Positions 12,305-25,131 of a stretch of DNA of 64,000 nt are shown in pieces. Source of the stretch: Paraspadella gotoi (Eukaryota; Animalia; Chaetognatha); NCBI GenBank assembly GCA_051294375.1, contig CM119264.1, positions 5,482,218 through 5,546,217 on the forward strand. The letters are read 5' to 3'. The first letter of the stretch is position 1. Each line of letters starts with the position of its first letter. Under the pieces are notes generated by a model. That model saw nothing but the letters and a program-made list of their open reading frames with translations, had not been told where the DNA came from and did not search any database. The position numbers were made by a program, and so were the translations under genes.

Positions 12305-12917
12305 CTAGAAAAAAATGGGGATGGGAGAAGATCAACGATTGTCACTGGTTTTCAACAAAAAAAAGGAAAAAAAACTTGTTAAAAACTCGTTTGGACGCCA
12401 GAAGAAAAAAAGGAACTGAAACGACATTTCGAGATGGCAAGAAGAGACAAGGTGCCAGGGACTTTTCCGCGATGCCATTTCTAAAAGTCTTCCACGTCTG
12501 AATGGCATCGCCATCGATTTCAGCAAACCAAAGGTACATATCAACAAGTTTCATCGGTTCGCAAAGACGGCTTATTGTAATTTGCTGTTGCTGTTTTTGT
12601 TTTCTGTTTTCTATTCGTTTTTTTTTCTCCTTCGTTTCTCAAATTGGTTCGTTCTCAGTGTGACAAGTTTTTAAAGTTGGTATTTGATTTCTATCAATAA
12701 TTTTCTCTCTTTTATTTTGCTTCTTCCATTTCTCCCTTCCTCTTTCGACACTCTCCTCCCTTCGCTATTTCTATCCTACCTTCACACCCTCGCTCGTCTC
12801 TCTCTCTCTCCCTCTCTCTCTCTCTCTCTCCTCTCGTCTCTTCATCTCTCTCTCTTCTCGTCTTCTCTCTCTCTCTCTCCTCCTTCCCCCCATCCACCCT
12901 CAACTCTCCTTACTCAC

Positions 12918-13041
12918 CCGATCGATAAAGAAGAGGCATCTCCCTGTTGAAACGAGGCGCACTTGGAGATTCGCGGGCGAAAGATGAGCTGAACGATGAA
13001 GTGTTTGGAGATGGTTGGCTCTCAATTGGCCCCGCTCCCGT
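12918..13041 (-). CDS. Probable exon K (Ser/Pro-rich; frame ambiguous)
   Basis: Acceptor ctctccctcctacag|, donor TCGG|gtgagt; 124 nt. Two open frames: TGAGPIESQPSPNTSSFSSSFARESPSAPRFNREMPLLYRS or RERGQLRANHLQ... Confidence 0.55.
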
Positions 13042-13253
13042 CTGTAGGAGGGAGAGAAGGAAGGGGGGTGAGGGAAAGGTAAGGATCGGCGGAGACGCTC
13101 GGGCGACGGATTATGCCGAGCGCGTGTCATAAATTCGAAGTTGGTTTTCGACGAGCCACGAAAAGAAAGAGGAAGTTTTCGTTTTTTCTTTTCTTTTTTT
13201 CTTCTGTTTTTAGGAGGATGAATGATGGTGGGAGAGGAGAGGGAGGGAGAGAG

Positions 13254-13318
<65 letters not shown>

Positions 13319-13803
13319 GAAGATCTTTTTTTTTCTTTTAATCTCTCCAGAGAATCCGAAAATGAAATAGTTTCTCTTCCGTCGAAAAGTTTGGTTGAGG
13401 GTAATAAAAGAGGCAGTGACGCGAGCCAGATAACCCGGTGACTCTCTTCTCTCTGTCTTCCTTCTTCTCGCCTCGCTCTCTTTTAATTTCTCTTTCGTTT
13501 CGCGTCAAATAAAAATAACTAAACGATTCGACGAAAAAAAGGGACGTTAATCGAAGACTAAGGGTAAATTTTGGAATATGGTAAAAAATGAAAAGTAAAG
13601 AAAATGTAAACAAAGGAAAAGTGAAGGAAAAGAGAAAAAGAAAGGGAAAAGAAAGAGAAGGAGGAAAAAAAAAATGCAATAATAATAGAGAAGAAATAAA
13701 AAAAATAAAAATATTAATTGAAGATAAGTAGTAAGCCATGCTCAATATTTGCAGACGCTAAGAAGAGATAAGAAGGAAGAGAAAAGAGAAAAGAGAATGA
13801 AGA

Positions 13804-13903
<100 letters not shown>

Positions 13904-14619
13904 GAGGAGAAGGTTAGACCGGAAATGAGATAAAAGAAAGACGTCAACCGCGAAGATGTTTCCTCCTGAATTAATGTGGGCGCGGGGGTGGACGAGAATG
14001 CACAAACCAGGACAAAAGAAGAAGAAAAAAAGGTTCAGTCGTGAAGAAAAGATAGACGAAAAAAAGGGAACGAGAAAAAATAAAGAGGAAAACATATAAA
14101 AAGATGAGAACGAAAAGAGGACGAAAAAGAAATGAAAGAAAAGCAAAAAAAGAAAAGAAAAAAAGTAAATGAAAAAGAAAGACAAAACAGAAAGAAAAGA
14201 AAGAAGAAAGATAAAAGAACGAAAAAAGACAAATAAATCAAAAGAAATTCTAAAAGAGGGAGAATGAAGGAGCTGAAGAAAAAAAAAATCCTAATTTCTT
14301 TTCTTCGCTCTTTCTTTCTTACTATCCTTTTCTTTAATTCCTCCCTCTCTCTCTCTCCTTCTGTCCCATCCCTCTCTCTCTCTCCCTCATCTCGTCTCCT
14401 CTTCCGTCATACCTTCACCCTCTCCATCAATATAATCATAGGGTTTCTTTGCTCTCGATCCTAGATTTAAAAATCTTCCCCAGCATCATCATCGTCGTCA
14501 TCAGCATCATCACAAACTCGAATCGGCAGTCTTCCGCTCATCTTCCTCTTCACTCCACCGCCACCCACACCACCCCACATTACACCCACCTACCACCCCC
14601 GCCCGTCCACCTCCCTTAC

Positions 14620-14745
14620 TCCCGCTCCTCCGGTCCCCACGTTGAGACTCATTTTCATCGTGGAATTGTTGGCGTCAACAAAGTTTTTTCCCCAATTCCA
14701 TCGAAAGATCGAACCCGGACGTCGATGACGGGGAGGAGGGCGAAT
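14620..14745 (-). CDS. Probable exon J (end of Ig3 or post-Ig region; start phase uncertain)
   Basis: Acceptor ccccccacag|AT, donor GGGA|gtaagg. Open in phase 0 (IRPPPRHRRPGSIFRWNWGKNFVDANNSTMKMSLNVGTGGAG). With one A removed from an A6 run it instead joins exon H as DSPSSPSSTSGFDLSMELGKNFVDANN... Confidence 0.5.
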
Positions 14746-15379
14746 CTGTGGGGGGGGGTTCGTGGAAAGAGGGGGAAGTGTGTGGGGGAAAGGGTGTAGG
14801 GGAATTTAGTGAGAATAGAGTGGTGGTCTTTGAATGGTAGATTCTTTCTGGCATATATTGACCTCGCGACTCATTTCCACGAATCTTTTTTTTTTTTAAG
14901 AACGAGTTGCTGTTTTAAGATATTATTCAATTCATCATTTAATGATTGAACAATTATATTATTCATCTATACATTTTTTTAAATACATCAATTATAAGAC
15001 CTAATTTTGCTGGAGAAGAGGGAAAAAGAACAAATTAAAACCATAGTTGGTCAACGATTTTTGTTTTTTTTTTTTTTGTTTATTGTTTTTTTTTTGTTTT
15101 TTTTTTGGTGAATGACTTTTTTTATATTAATACCAAAAAACAAGTATTGCACAAAATAAGAAAAGTAACAGTGTAAAGGATAAGAAAATTAATTTTAAAA
15201 AGAAGAAAGCTCGCAGATTAAAGAAAATACATCCTTTAATTTAAACTCAAATCAAATTAGATTTAAGTGTCAGCAATAAAATCATTTTAATACCACTGCT
15301 TAAAACTAGCTCCACGCTTGCCGCCAGTTCCACAAACCTTTTCCTTGGGCGACCACCAACTTTTCCTCGGTGTAAATAA

Positions 15380-15652
15380 AAGAGTTGGAAAGACTGAGAG
15401 CTCATGCCCGCGAGCGGAAAAGATTAAAAAGCTCGCCCGGCGACAAGCGCTAAGGATGTTGCCCCATGAAAAAGACTAAAGGTTCTGCCCGGCGAAAAAC
15501 CTAGAAGGCTGTGCCCGATGAAAAAAGAACAGGCTCCCTGCCCCGGCGAAAAGAACTAAAGGTATGCCCGATGAAAAAAGACTAAGGTTGCGCCGGGCGA
15601 AAGACTAAGGAGTACCCGATGAAAAAGACTAAGCTCGAGCACTAAAGACTAG
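15380..15652. repeat. Noisy minisatellite, unit about 27 bp (GCCCG[GC/AT]GAAAAGACTAAAGGTTGT-like)
   Basis: About 10 degenerate units alternating cccggcgaaa and cccgatgaaa. Confidence 0.75.
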
Positions 15653-15758
15653 GCTCTCACACGCAGCGCCTTTCCGGCCGCCATTAGTCCGCACGCTTGG
15701 AACCGAGAGAGAGAGTTTGAACGTTGGAACGAGGAGACCTGATTTCTTCTCGAAGAGA

Positions 15759-15812
<54 letters not shown>

Positions 15813-16090
15813 CAGAGAGAGAGAGCTAAAGTCGTAATTCTCTCTTTATAATAGTGTCCGCTCTTGAGTTTTCCAGTCAAGTGGGAATGCCAAAGTGGTA
15901 GAAGTTTTTCATTGTGATCATTTTATCAAACATTTTGATGGAAATTAACTCACAATTATGATTAAAACATTGTGATTAAAATTGCGTTTTTTGGCGGTGA
16001 AACAAATTTAAATGGCCGTTATAGACTTGTCGATATGACCCAAATCTAACCGATCGAAGAATTCTCTTACCCTTCCCTTCCCAAACTCAC

Positions 16091-16213
16091 CCCGACTGTT
16101 AACTTTGACCCTTCGATCGCTCGTAGGGAAAACGCGGCCGCCGAGAGGTCCCGAGTTCGTGTCCCGGATGCGCCAGTAGATGTTTTGAAGCGGAACCAAA
16201 GGGTTGGCCAAGA
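16091..16213 (-). CDS. IgSF gene exon H: Ig domain 3 (ANP...W)
   Basis: Acceptor ccttcttttttactaag|TC, donor CGGG|gtgagt; 123 nt, phase 1 to 1: (V)LANPLVPLQNIYWRIRDTNSGPLGGRVFPTSDRRVKVNSR. Gives C-S-V-L-A-N-P...I-Y-W across the junction. Confidence 0.8.
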
Positions 16214-16815
16214 CTTAGTAAAAAAGAAGGAAGATGTGTGGGGATTGCGGGATTGGGGATCCGAGATTGGGGAAGGGGAATTGGGGGTTAACGTGGAGCT
16301 AGTGAAAAAGAAAGATGGAATATAAAATGAGAGAAAAGGGAAAGATACGAATTGGATAGAAAAATAAAAATAGAAAGCTAGGATAGAAAAATGTCACATG
16401 ACATGTGATAAACAGTTAAGAGGGAAAATAGGTGACTGGTAAAAAAAAGAAGCATAATAAAAAAGAAATTATAGAAAAGAAAAAAGGTAACGAGAAACTT
16501 TTTAAAATATGTACACCTAAAAAAAAAAAAAGACGGGTCCACTTTTAGTCAGTTTGGCCACTCGGCCGGCCTCGGCCCGCTTTGACCGCGTTGGCCACTT
16601 TGGTCACTTCGGACCAGTTTCCGCCGCTCTGGCGAAATTTATCCGTGACCTTTCTCAAACAAGGGACAGAGGGACCCTTTGACAATTCTGACCCCCCGAA
16701 AAAAAAAAGGCCCCAACCTTTTTTTTCTGCTCCGTCGTCATCGTTTCCTTCGCCTCTCCTCCTCTCCGCTTGACCCCTTCACTCACTTAACCCTTACTCT
16801 CTCGGATTAACTTAC

Positions 16816-16906
16816 CCGAGCATTTGACCTGATAAACTGGAGCCGACTCGAGAATTTGCTGCACGTCTTGGCAAATGATCTTTGGTTGATGCAACACGTT
16901 TAGAGC
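16816..16906 (-). CDS. IgSF gene exon G: end of Ig2 (LNVLHQP) and start of Ig3 with Cys
   Basis: Follows exon F after an 87-nt intron; acceptor accattacag|GCT, donor TCGG|gtaagt; 91 nt, phase 0 to 1: ALNVLHQPKIICQDVQQILESAPVYQVKCS. Confidence 0.82.
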
Positions 16907-16993
16907 CTGTAATGGTACAAACGCAACGAATTTAGCCATTCTAAGACGACTCATCGCTGACCTTACCCCTTTTTTTTTCTCCCACGACCTCAC

Positions 16994-17159
16994 CTTGAAA
17001 GCGCACTTAGGAAGCGGGTAGGACGCGTTCCACCCTCGTCCGTCCTCCTCGGCCAGTGAACACGTGATGTTCCGCCCGTGAAGTTTGTAGGTCGGTGAGA
17101 CGACGAGATCCGAGCGAACCTCGTCGCCCTCTACCGAGGAATCCCCGAAGTTCCCGGGT
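16994..17159 (-). CDS. IgSF gene exon F: second half of C2-type Ig domain 2
   Basis: Acceptor caaccttcccag|A, donor AAG|gtgagg; 166 nt, phase 2 to 0: PGNFGDSSVEGDEVRSDLVVSPTYKLHGRNITCSLAEEDGRGWNASYPLPKCAFK. VxSxLxxxPxxxxHGxxITC is the pattern of C2-set (CD80/nephrin-type) domains. Confidence 0.82.
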
Positions 17160-17269
17160 CTGGGAAGGTTGGGTAAGGGGAGATGGGTGTAGGGGAGAAG
17201 CAGGGGAGGGTGCAGGGTAGAAGGGTTTTGGATAGAGGAATCAAGGGTTACAGGAGATATATAGAGGGA

Positions 17270-17440
17270 AGAAGGGGTTGGATAGATGGAGGAAGGATTG
17301 AGGGAAGATAGGACGAGGGAAAAGAGGAGTGGTTGGAGGAAAGAGATAGAGGAAAGAAGGGATTGGTTAGATGGAGGAAGGATAAAGGGAAGATAGGACG
17401 AGGGAAAAGAGGAGTGGTTGGAGGAAAGAGGAAAGAGATA
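17270..17440. repeat. 84-bp purine-rich tandem duplication
   Basis: AGATGGAGGAAGGA...GAGTGGTTGGAGGAAAGAG starts at 17285 and again at 17369. Confidence 0.8.
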
Positions 17441-17572
17441 GAGGGAAGAAAAATGAAGAAGAGTTACAGAAAAGGAAAGAATTAATAGGGATAGTATGAT
17501 AAGGCAGGAAAAAGTTATATAATATAGAAGTTAAGTAAAGAAAAACATAGAGAGAGCTAAAAAAAGGGACAT

Positions 17573-18079
17573 NNNNNNNNNNNNNNNNNNNNNNNNNNNN
17601 NNNNNNNNNNNNNNNNNNNNNNNNNNNNNNNNNNNNNNNNNNNNNNNNNNNNNNNNNNNNNNNNNNNNNNNNNNNNNNNNNNNNNNNNNNNNNNNNNNNN
17701 NNNNNNNNNNNNNNNNNNNNNNNNNNNNNNNNNNNNNNNNNNNNNNNNNNNNNNNNNNNNNNNNNNNNNNNNNNNNNNNNNNNNNNNNNNNNNNNNNNNN
17801 NNNNNNNNNNNNNNNNNNNNNNNNNNNNNNNNNNNNNNNNNNNNNNNNNNNNNNNNNNNNNNNNNNNNNNNNNNNNNNNNNNNNNNNNNNNNNNNNNNNN
17901 NNNNNNNNNNNNNNNNNNNNNNNNNNNNNNNNNNNNNNNNNNNNNNNNNNNNNNNNNNNNNNNNNNNNNNNNNNNNNNNNNNNNNNNNNNNNNNNNNNNN
18001 NNNNNNNNNNNNNNNNNNNNNNNNNNNNNNNNNNNNNNNNNNNNNNNNNNNNNNNNNNNNNNNNNNNNNNNNNNNNNNN
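17573..18079. other. Assembly gap (other large gaps at 19409-19871, 24669-25016, 35273-35840, 36127-36410, 50548-50780, 51104-51264)
   Basis: Runs of N. Confidence 1.
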
Positions 18080-20146
18080 CGTCGTTCAAACAGCTTTGGA
18101 ACTAACGGTAATTCGTAATTACCCATTATCGATTGGAGCCTTTTTAATCGGCGCGGCGTTTTTAAATGCTTTTGGATTCCAGACTTTGACTTTTAAGCTT
18201 TCCTGAAAATAGTACGTAGTACTTTTGACTAAAGAAAACCAGAAAATTATATAACCTTGCGTTTGCGAGGACGAATTTAACTCGTGACATTACTGGACCA
18301 CTAAGCTGTCTGTCTGTTTGTAATTTAACCTATAGTTTTTCGTACTCACTTAATGAATAACAATAAAAACCTACTGAAATACAGAGGTAGACAAGGATAA
18401 ATATAAAAAATGATTAATTAATGGTAGAAACTCTCAACCAATAAGATAAAAGAAATTGAGATAAAGTCTAATGACAGGTTCGCTTTTCGATTCCAACGAT
18501 CAGTGACGAATTCGGATAAATAATATTAAAATATTTCCGAGAGACATGCAGCGAGATGCCAGATGCAAATTGCCCGTTCTTTAAGCGTCAGAATAAAACG
18601 ATTCAGCCTCGTTATTATGCCCTGCTTTTTTTAGTTGCGATGAGAAAGACTCCAAGTCTAGTGACTTTTCGGTCGCTCGATCAGTTAATCTGCTTTTTTT
18701 AAAATAAATTTAATTAATTTATGATTCAATATATATATTTAAAGTGATAAAAAGTTATTCTAGTAAATACTTAAAACGCAAATAATTTCAACAATATTGA
18801 ATAAAACCTGGAAATACGATAACATTAATTAAAAATCAATACGACGCAACACTTTCGTAATTATCGTTCCTTGTTTTCTCTAATCGATTTCGCCGTAATT
18901 AGCGACTAAAGCAACGGCGCGAGATTCGCACGCGCGGAAAAATTTGACGAATGAACCCAACGTTTGGCGGGAACAACATAAATAACGAGGCGCCGCGGAA
19001 GGAGGCTCGGGGTGGCGGCGCGGTGCCACCGGGCGTTTTTAACGACGCGTGCGGTGCCGTGGATACGAGGCAACCTTAGCCCCTCGAATCCTCTTCTGGT
19101 TGGCAAAAAAAAAAAAACCGCGTGAACTCAAAATAATTTCGAAGATTGATGCAGAGCAATTATCGCGGAAAAGTTATTATCGCGAAGGAAAAAAAAAAGT
19201 TGGTTTGCTCGACGGACGAGAGGAAAATACCGGAAAGGCTGGGGGAGCGATAGAAAGGGCGGAAGAGACCGGAAAAGTGCCGGGAAAAATGGGAAACTCT
19301 GGCAAGACTCGGCCACGCCCACAACGCCGAAAACCCCGGACGCTCGCGAGGGTCGTCCTTCCTTTTTTTTCCATTCGTCCACGTTTACCAGCTTTTGAAA
19401 ATCGGGGTNNNNNNNNNNNNNNNNNNNNNNNNNNNNNNNNNNNNNNNNNNNNNNNNNNNNNNNNNNNNNNNNNNNNNNNNNNNNNNNNNNNNNNNNNNNN
19501 NNNNNNNNNNNNNNNNNNNNNNNNNNNNNNNNNNNNNNNNNNNNNNNNNNNNNNNNNNNNNNNNNNNNNNNNNNNNNNNNNNNNNNNNNNNNNNNNNNNN
19601 NNNNNNNNNNNNNNNNNNNNNNNNNNNNNNNNNNNNNNNNNNNNNNNNNNNNNNNNNNNNNNNNNNNNNNNNNNNNNNNNNNNNNNNNNNNNNNNNNNNN
19701 NNNNNNNNNNNNNNNNNNNNNNNNNNNNNNNNNNNNNNNNNNNNNNNNNNNNNNNNNNNNNNNNNNNNNNNNNNNNNNNNNNNNNNNNNNNNNNNNNNNN
19801 NNNNNNNNNNNNNNNNNNNNNNNNNNNNNNNNNNNNNNNNNNNNNNNNNNNNNNNNNNNNNNNNNNNNNNNTCTCCATTTACTTTTTATTGAGGCTAACG
19901 AAAATGTGGCACATTCAAATAACTGAAAAAATAAACAGAGAGGGAAAACCGTTTAATATTTTTAGCTTTTAGTTTAAAATTGCATGTATACATACATGCC
20001 ATATTTTAATAAATAGAATACATAAACGATTCCCAAAAAATAGTTTTACCAGAGTAACGTACGTCTTCTGCAAAACCTTGTGAAAGCTCTTAAATGTCTT
20101 CTTTAAAATTCCACAGGAAAAGGAAGAGAGCTTGAGATATCCACGA

Positions 20147-20202
<56 letters not shown>

Positions 20203-22500
20203 GTCTAGTAAAATCTACATCTAAATATTTTCATCAGTTTCATTGCTCATCGCAATCGTAGGCGTGGCAGCCTTTGCGAGTCCAAGATTTGTTTTTCGTA
20301 CTTCGTCTTATCGTGGCGAGAATAAGCAAAGTACAAACTACATGCTAATGTTGCGTTCAGCCTAAGTCCGAAAGAAATTTATTGAACCAAGAGAAACGGA
20401 ACCTGGCGACGCCGCTTTTTCTTTCTTTCTTTTTTTTTCCGTCGGATAAAAAATGAGACAATTTTTCCTCCTTTTTTTTTATCCTTTTTTTTTCTTTTCA
20501 GGACGCGAGTGGTGCTCAGCTCTGTCGTTTGAAGATGTTTAGCAACAAACGATTATTTTTTTTAATTTCAATTTAAGGTATAGATTACCACAATTAAAGC
20601 GTAGTGAGAAATTTCACAAATACTTAACATGTTTAACATCAAGAAAGCTAACTTTATGGGTAGAAGAAACCCACAGCATGTATGAATAACAACGAGGAGA
20701 GATTAACCTAATTGAACATTCATGTCATATGGCGAAGCGAAAAAATGTTATAATAAATTTTCACTCAATTTAGCGCAGTTTTAGGTTTTTTCCTTTTTCT
20801 TCAGTTTTTCTTCTATCCACGAGTTGGGCAGATTTTTCGGGATTTCGGCATAAAATAAAAGAATATATGATAAAAGAGACAAATTTATGTTAAAATTATC
20901 ACACTCTCTTTTTGAAAAATTCCTTCATTAACGTTTTTGTTGGTGTATTCTAAAAATCGCAGATAAATCAGGTCTTATTAGTTTATAGGTTCTGTATACT
21001 TTAATTCATGAACTTTGTTTACTATGATTAAATATATTTTATTTCAATTTTTACCAATAACCCAACCGTTGATTAAAATTAATGATGTATTTATATATAA
21101 TTTTATTTTAATTAGGGTCTGAACCGTGGTATTGAGTACGAAGCAATGATTCTCTCTCAAATACTTCGCATCTCAACCAGACTTGAGCAAGGAAAGCGAA
21201 GAGCGCGCTATACTGTCTTGGACCTCTTGATTCAGTTATTTCCGAGCACTTATCGATTTTCGGCACCTTTTCTGCTCTTCTCGACAAAGATGCGGTAACG
21301 GCGGACTTGGGACGGACCGACAAGTGGTATTTATAGAATGCGGGATCTGCTGAAAGGAGATTTCTCAGATACTGGAATTGATTCCATATCAATTAACTTC
21401 AATCTCCTCGGTCACAAATACTATCTCTCAGTAGAATTCTGCTCTCGTGCGCGAGTGCGGAGATAAAAGTTGAAAAAGGTCCCCATTTATAAACTGTCGT
21501 CGATCACGCGAATTCTCTCTCACTGAATTCCTTCGAGCTCGGTGACGAAAAGGATGAGGAAAGGGATTGAAGAAAATTTCTGGAGGCGAATATTCCTCTT
21601 CATCGGGATCAGACTGTTGGTTTTACTTGGGCGAGTTTTAAAAGTTAAAAAATATATACACTAAGCTTGAATCCCTCATAAAAAGTTTATTTTCAATTCC
21701 ATACTGTAATTCTCGTCTCTCTCTCTCCTCATCGTCTCTCTCTCTCTCTCACTCGTCCTCTCCCTCTCTCTCTCTCTCCTCTCTCGGGATCGATATTTTA
21801 GGCACAAATTTAAAAGAGAAATATCTCATTTAATTTTTTTTAACATTCATATTTTTTAATCTCTTTACCGTTCATTGAATTTTCTTATTCCTCTTTACCG
21901 AAAATCCAAGTTCAATTTTGATGCGTTTTCATAGCGTGCTAACTGGCTTAGTTCTTGTCTTCCATTTTGACCGAAGTGGAATTAGATCAACCGTTTATTT
22001 ATGTTCGTAGTAACAATGGTTTACCCAAAGTTTGAGGGCAATGAAAAAATCAGTTTCCCGACCGTGTTGAAATTTTAAAATTATATCGTTCCTTTAAGTT
22101 TATAGAGCCCATTACGACTTAACAACACCCGCTTGTTGAATATTTTTCAGGTAACAAAAAGTAAAGTTTTTGGCATAACACACACATTGAAAATCAAGCG
22201 CAAAATCGATTTAGATCGGTGAAAATTAATTTTTTAGGTTGAAATAAAAAAACTCATTATTGATATTATTATGATAATGATCAATATATCATAGAGTGAG
22301 AACTAGGGACATAAATGTATTATTGAACAACAAGGATATCTTAGAACATGAGATAGATGATTAAGATACAGAACATAAATTGTTTGGGGAACAGTATCAA
22401 TTGAATTACAATATATTTATAGTAATAATCCGATAAAATAATAAAATTTAAATAATAATTTTTTAGAGAAAAACAATTTGATTCGTTTCTTTAAAGGGCA

Positions 22501-22550
22501 GACGATGTTTTGACTCTGTAGTTTAGGACCCCCCCCGTCTTCATCAGAGT
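22501..22550 (-). ncRNA. Degenerate hammerhead-ribozyme-like motif (Penelope/retrozyme type)
   Basis: Minus strand CTGATGA-agac...gtc-AAAA-catcGTC: CUGANGA box and stem-II-closing gac/gtc are present, but GAAA reads AAAA and stem I pairing is not evident. Confidence 0.3.
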
Positions 22551-23546
22551 TTTAAAAATTACAAGTTGTATGCCAAAACAAATCAAATTGTTTTTCTGCC
22601 TATTACTAAAATTAAAAACAACAAAATCGAAAGTTCTTTACACAATGTCTATCACAAATATTTTTTTTTAAGATTCTGATTTCTTTATAAAAAAGTTAGA
22701 TCAAAAATATAAAAATATGTTATTAAAAATTGTAATGTCTCCTCATCAAATGTAGAAAAAAACTCCAAATTCTCTATTTCATAAAAAAGTTTTTTTTTTT
22801 TTAGCTTTACTAAATATAATGAAGATATATTTACTGAAAAGTTTTTTAAATTTTCCTGGCGAATCCAAAACTTTTTAAATTAAAAAAAATATGATTTTTA
22901 ATATCTATGATTTTAAAGAAAAAAATTAAAGAAATTCAATTATGATCTTTATGGCAAAATTATTGAAAAGGGGCTATTAATATATTACAAAGGCAGCCAA
23001 AAAATATTGTTCCATATCAATAGCTCAATTTTCAAAACTCCACCTAAATTCAAGGCCTCTCTCTCTCCTTCTCTGTTGTCTCTCTCCTCACTTTTAAAGT
23101 AGCGTACACCTAACCCTCTAAAAATTCCGTTTAGTGCAACTGAGTTACCTTCCGCAGTAACTGTTACCCATGTTTTGAGAAGAAAAAGCAATGCAAGTCC
23201 TGCGAGGCGTGGGTTCAAATCTCAAAACTGCCACCCACATTAAAGTAAGTAACAGTGAAATCATGAACCAAAGTAGATTATTTCAGTTTAGAAAAGCCAA
23301 GACGTGTAGACTTTGAGATCAAATGAACAGTAGCAAAATTGCAAGTAATTTAAGAGCAAACGGATCTTTGACAACGGGTTAGTTTTCACCGATGGCAGAA
23401 GCCCAATCCTGCGTGATGGCCGTTCACTTTCCAATCTCCCTCTCTANNNNNNNNNNNNNNNNNNNNNNNNNCTCTGTCTCTTTTGGCGATTCGTTCTCGT
23501 TTGCATAGAGTTGGATCAAAATCCAATCGAAAAGGATTTCCCGTCA

Positions 23547-24506
23547 TTTTCACTCTCCGATTCCTTACCTTGTCTTACCTCACCCGAAACCTTCCTTACT
23601 TTCACGCCGCATCGCTCACTTATCTCACGTTATTTCAGGTAACTCATTACATTATTTTTTTTCAGTCTCTCCTTTTATTTTCCTTGACTTCTCAGGTTTC
23701 AAAGTCAACCATAATTTCGTTATTTCTTTTTATAAGTAAAGCCATAACTGACGTCTACAATACCGTTACCCAAACCTTTATCAACAACAACAACAACAAG
23801 CCCTCAATTCACGCCACCTCACGTGATACCTCACGCACCCCTTCACCCTTTGGTCCCCCCCTAGCGACCCCATTTACTTAAGTCGGATTTTTCTCCCAAG
23901 TCCCTTTTGTTTGACTTCACGATACTCGGTTTTCACCTTTAGTCGCCAGAGGAAATATTTTTTTCCCCGCAAACAAAAGACGTGCTAATCGCCAACAACG
24001 CGAACGCCATTGAGAAGTCGACGACGATGACGACGACGACGACGACTACAACGACGATGGAGACCACAATGGAACAACAATGCGGAAATAGGCGCTTGGA
24101 AGGGAAAAATGGCAATTCAAAAACAAATAAAAAGACATCAAACGTCAACAAAGTAAACACTTAACGAATAAAGAACGATATTAGCTGTTGATTCTGTGGC
24201 ATTTTTTACTTACCTGGTAAGCAGCTCACGAGCTAGGACCGAGATAAAAAAACTTGGTTTTTCCATATTATTTTCCAATTTCCCCAAAGTATTGCCAAAA
24301 TTGTTATTCCCCAATTTAACTAATTTTTAATAGAATATAATATTTATATCGTATTATATCTTATCTAGATAAAGAGAGAGATATTGTAAAGTAAGATAAG
24401 TAAAATAAGATATGGTGCGGACATCGTGTTACATGGATTGGAAAATACCATTTTTTTTTATCACCGGCGTTCAACGACACAACGTGCTAACCCTTTTCTT
24501 TCATTT

Positions 24507-24577
<71 letters not shown>

Positions 24578-25071
24578 TTTGCAGAGAGAGGGAGGGATTG
24601 AGTTGCCATGGGCGTCAACTTCCGTTCCAACCTCATATTTCCATAGACGCCAGTTTCCACTTTTACTCNNNNNNNNNNNNNNNNNNNNNNNNNNNNNNNN
24701 NNNNNNNNNNNNNNNNNNNNNNNNNNNNNNNNNNNNNNNNNNNNNNNNNNNNNNNNNNNNNNNNNNNNNNNNNNNNNNNNNNNNNNNNNNNNNNNNNNNN
24801 NNNNNNNNNNNNNNNNNNNNNNNNNNNNNNNNNNNNNNNNNNNNNNNNNNNNNNNNNNNNNNNNNNNNNNNNNNNNNNNNNNNNNNNNNNNNNNNNNNNN
24901 NNNNNNNNNNNNNNNNNNNNNNNNNNNNNNNNNNNNNNNNNNNNNNNNNNNNNNNNNNNNNNNNNNNNNNNNNNNNNNNNNNNNNNNNNNNNNNNNNNNN
25001 NNNNNNNNNNNNNNNTTTTGGGTTGAGAACTGTAATGCTGGAAAAATACATGTTGTAGTACCTGGTTCCGG

Positions 25072-25131
<60 letters not shown>

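Noticed and set aside
17367-19972. Long ORFs containing X runs
   Set aside because: They are open only because they cross N gaps.
21108-21392. 94-aa ORF with VWLRCEV as a possible exon
   Set aside because: No downstream Trp, weak splice sites, and no recognisable domain.
23105-23218. VTVTAEGNSVAL resembling an Ig A'/B strand
   Set aside because: No Cys or Trp follows and there are no matching splice sites; it contains CCTAACCCT and a small inverted repeat typical of repeats.
24207-24232. 19-nt micro-exon with a perfect CAG|gtaagt donor on the minus strand
   Set aside because: The duplicate copy near 26180 disagrees in sequence, and it does not supply the missing Ig residues.
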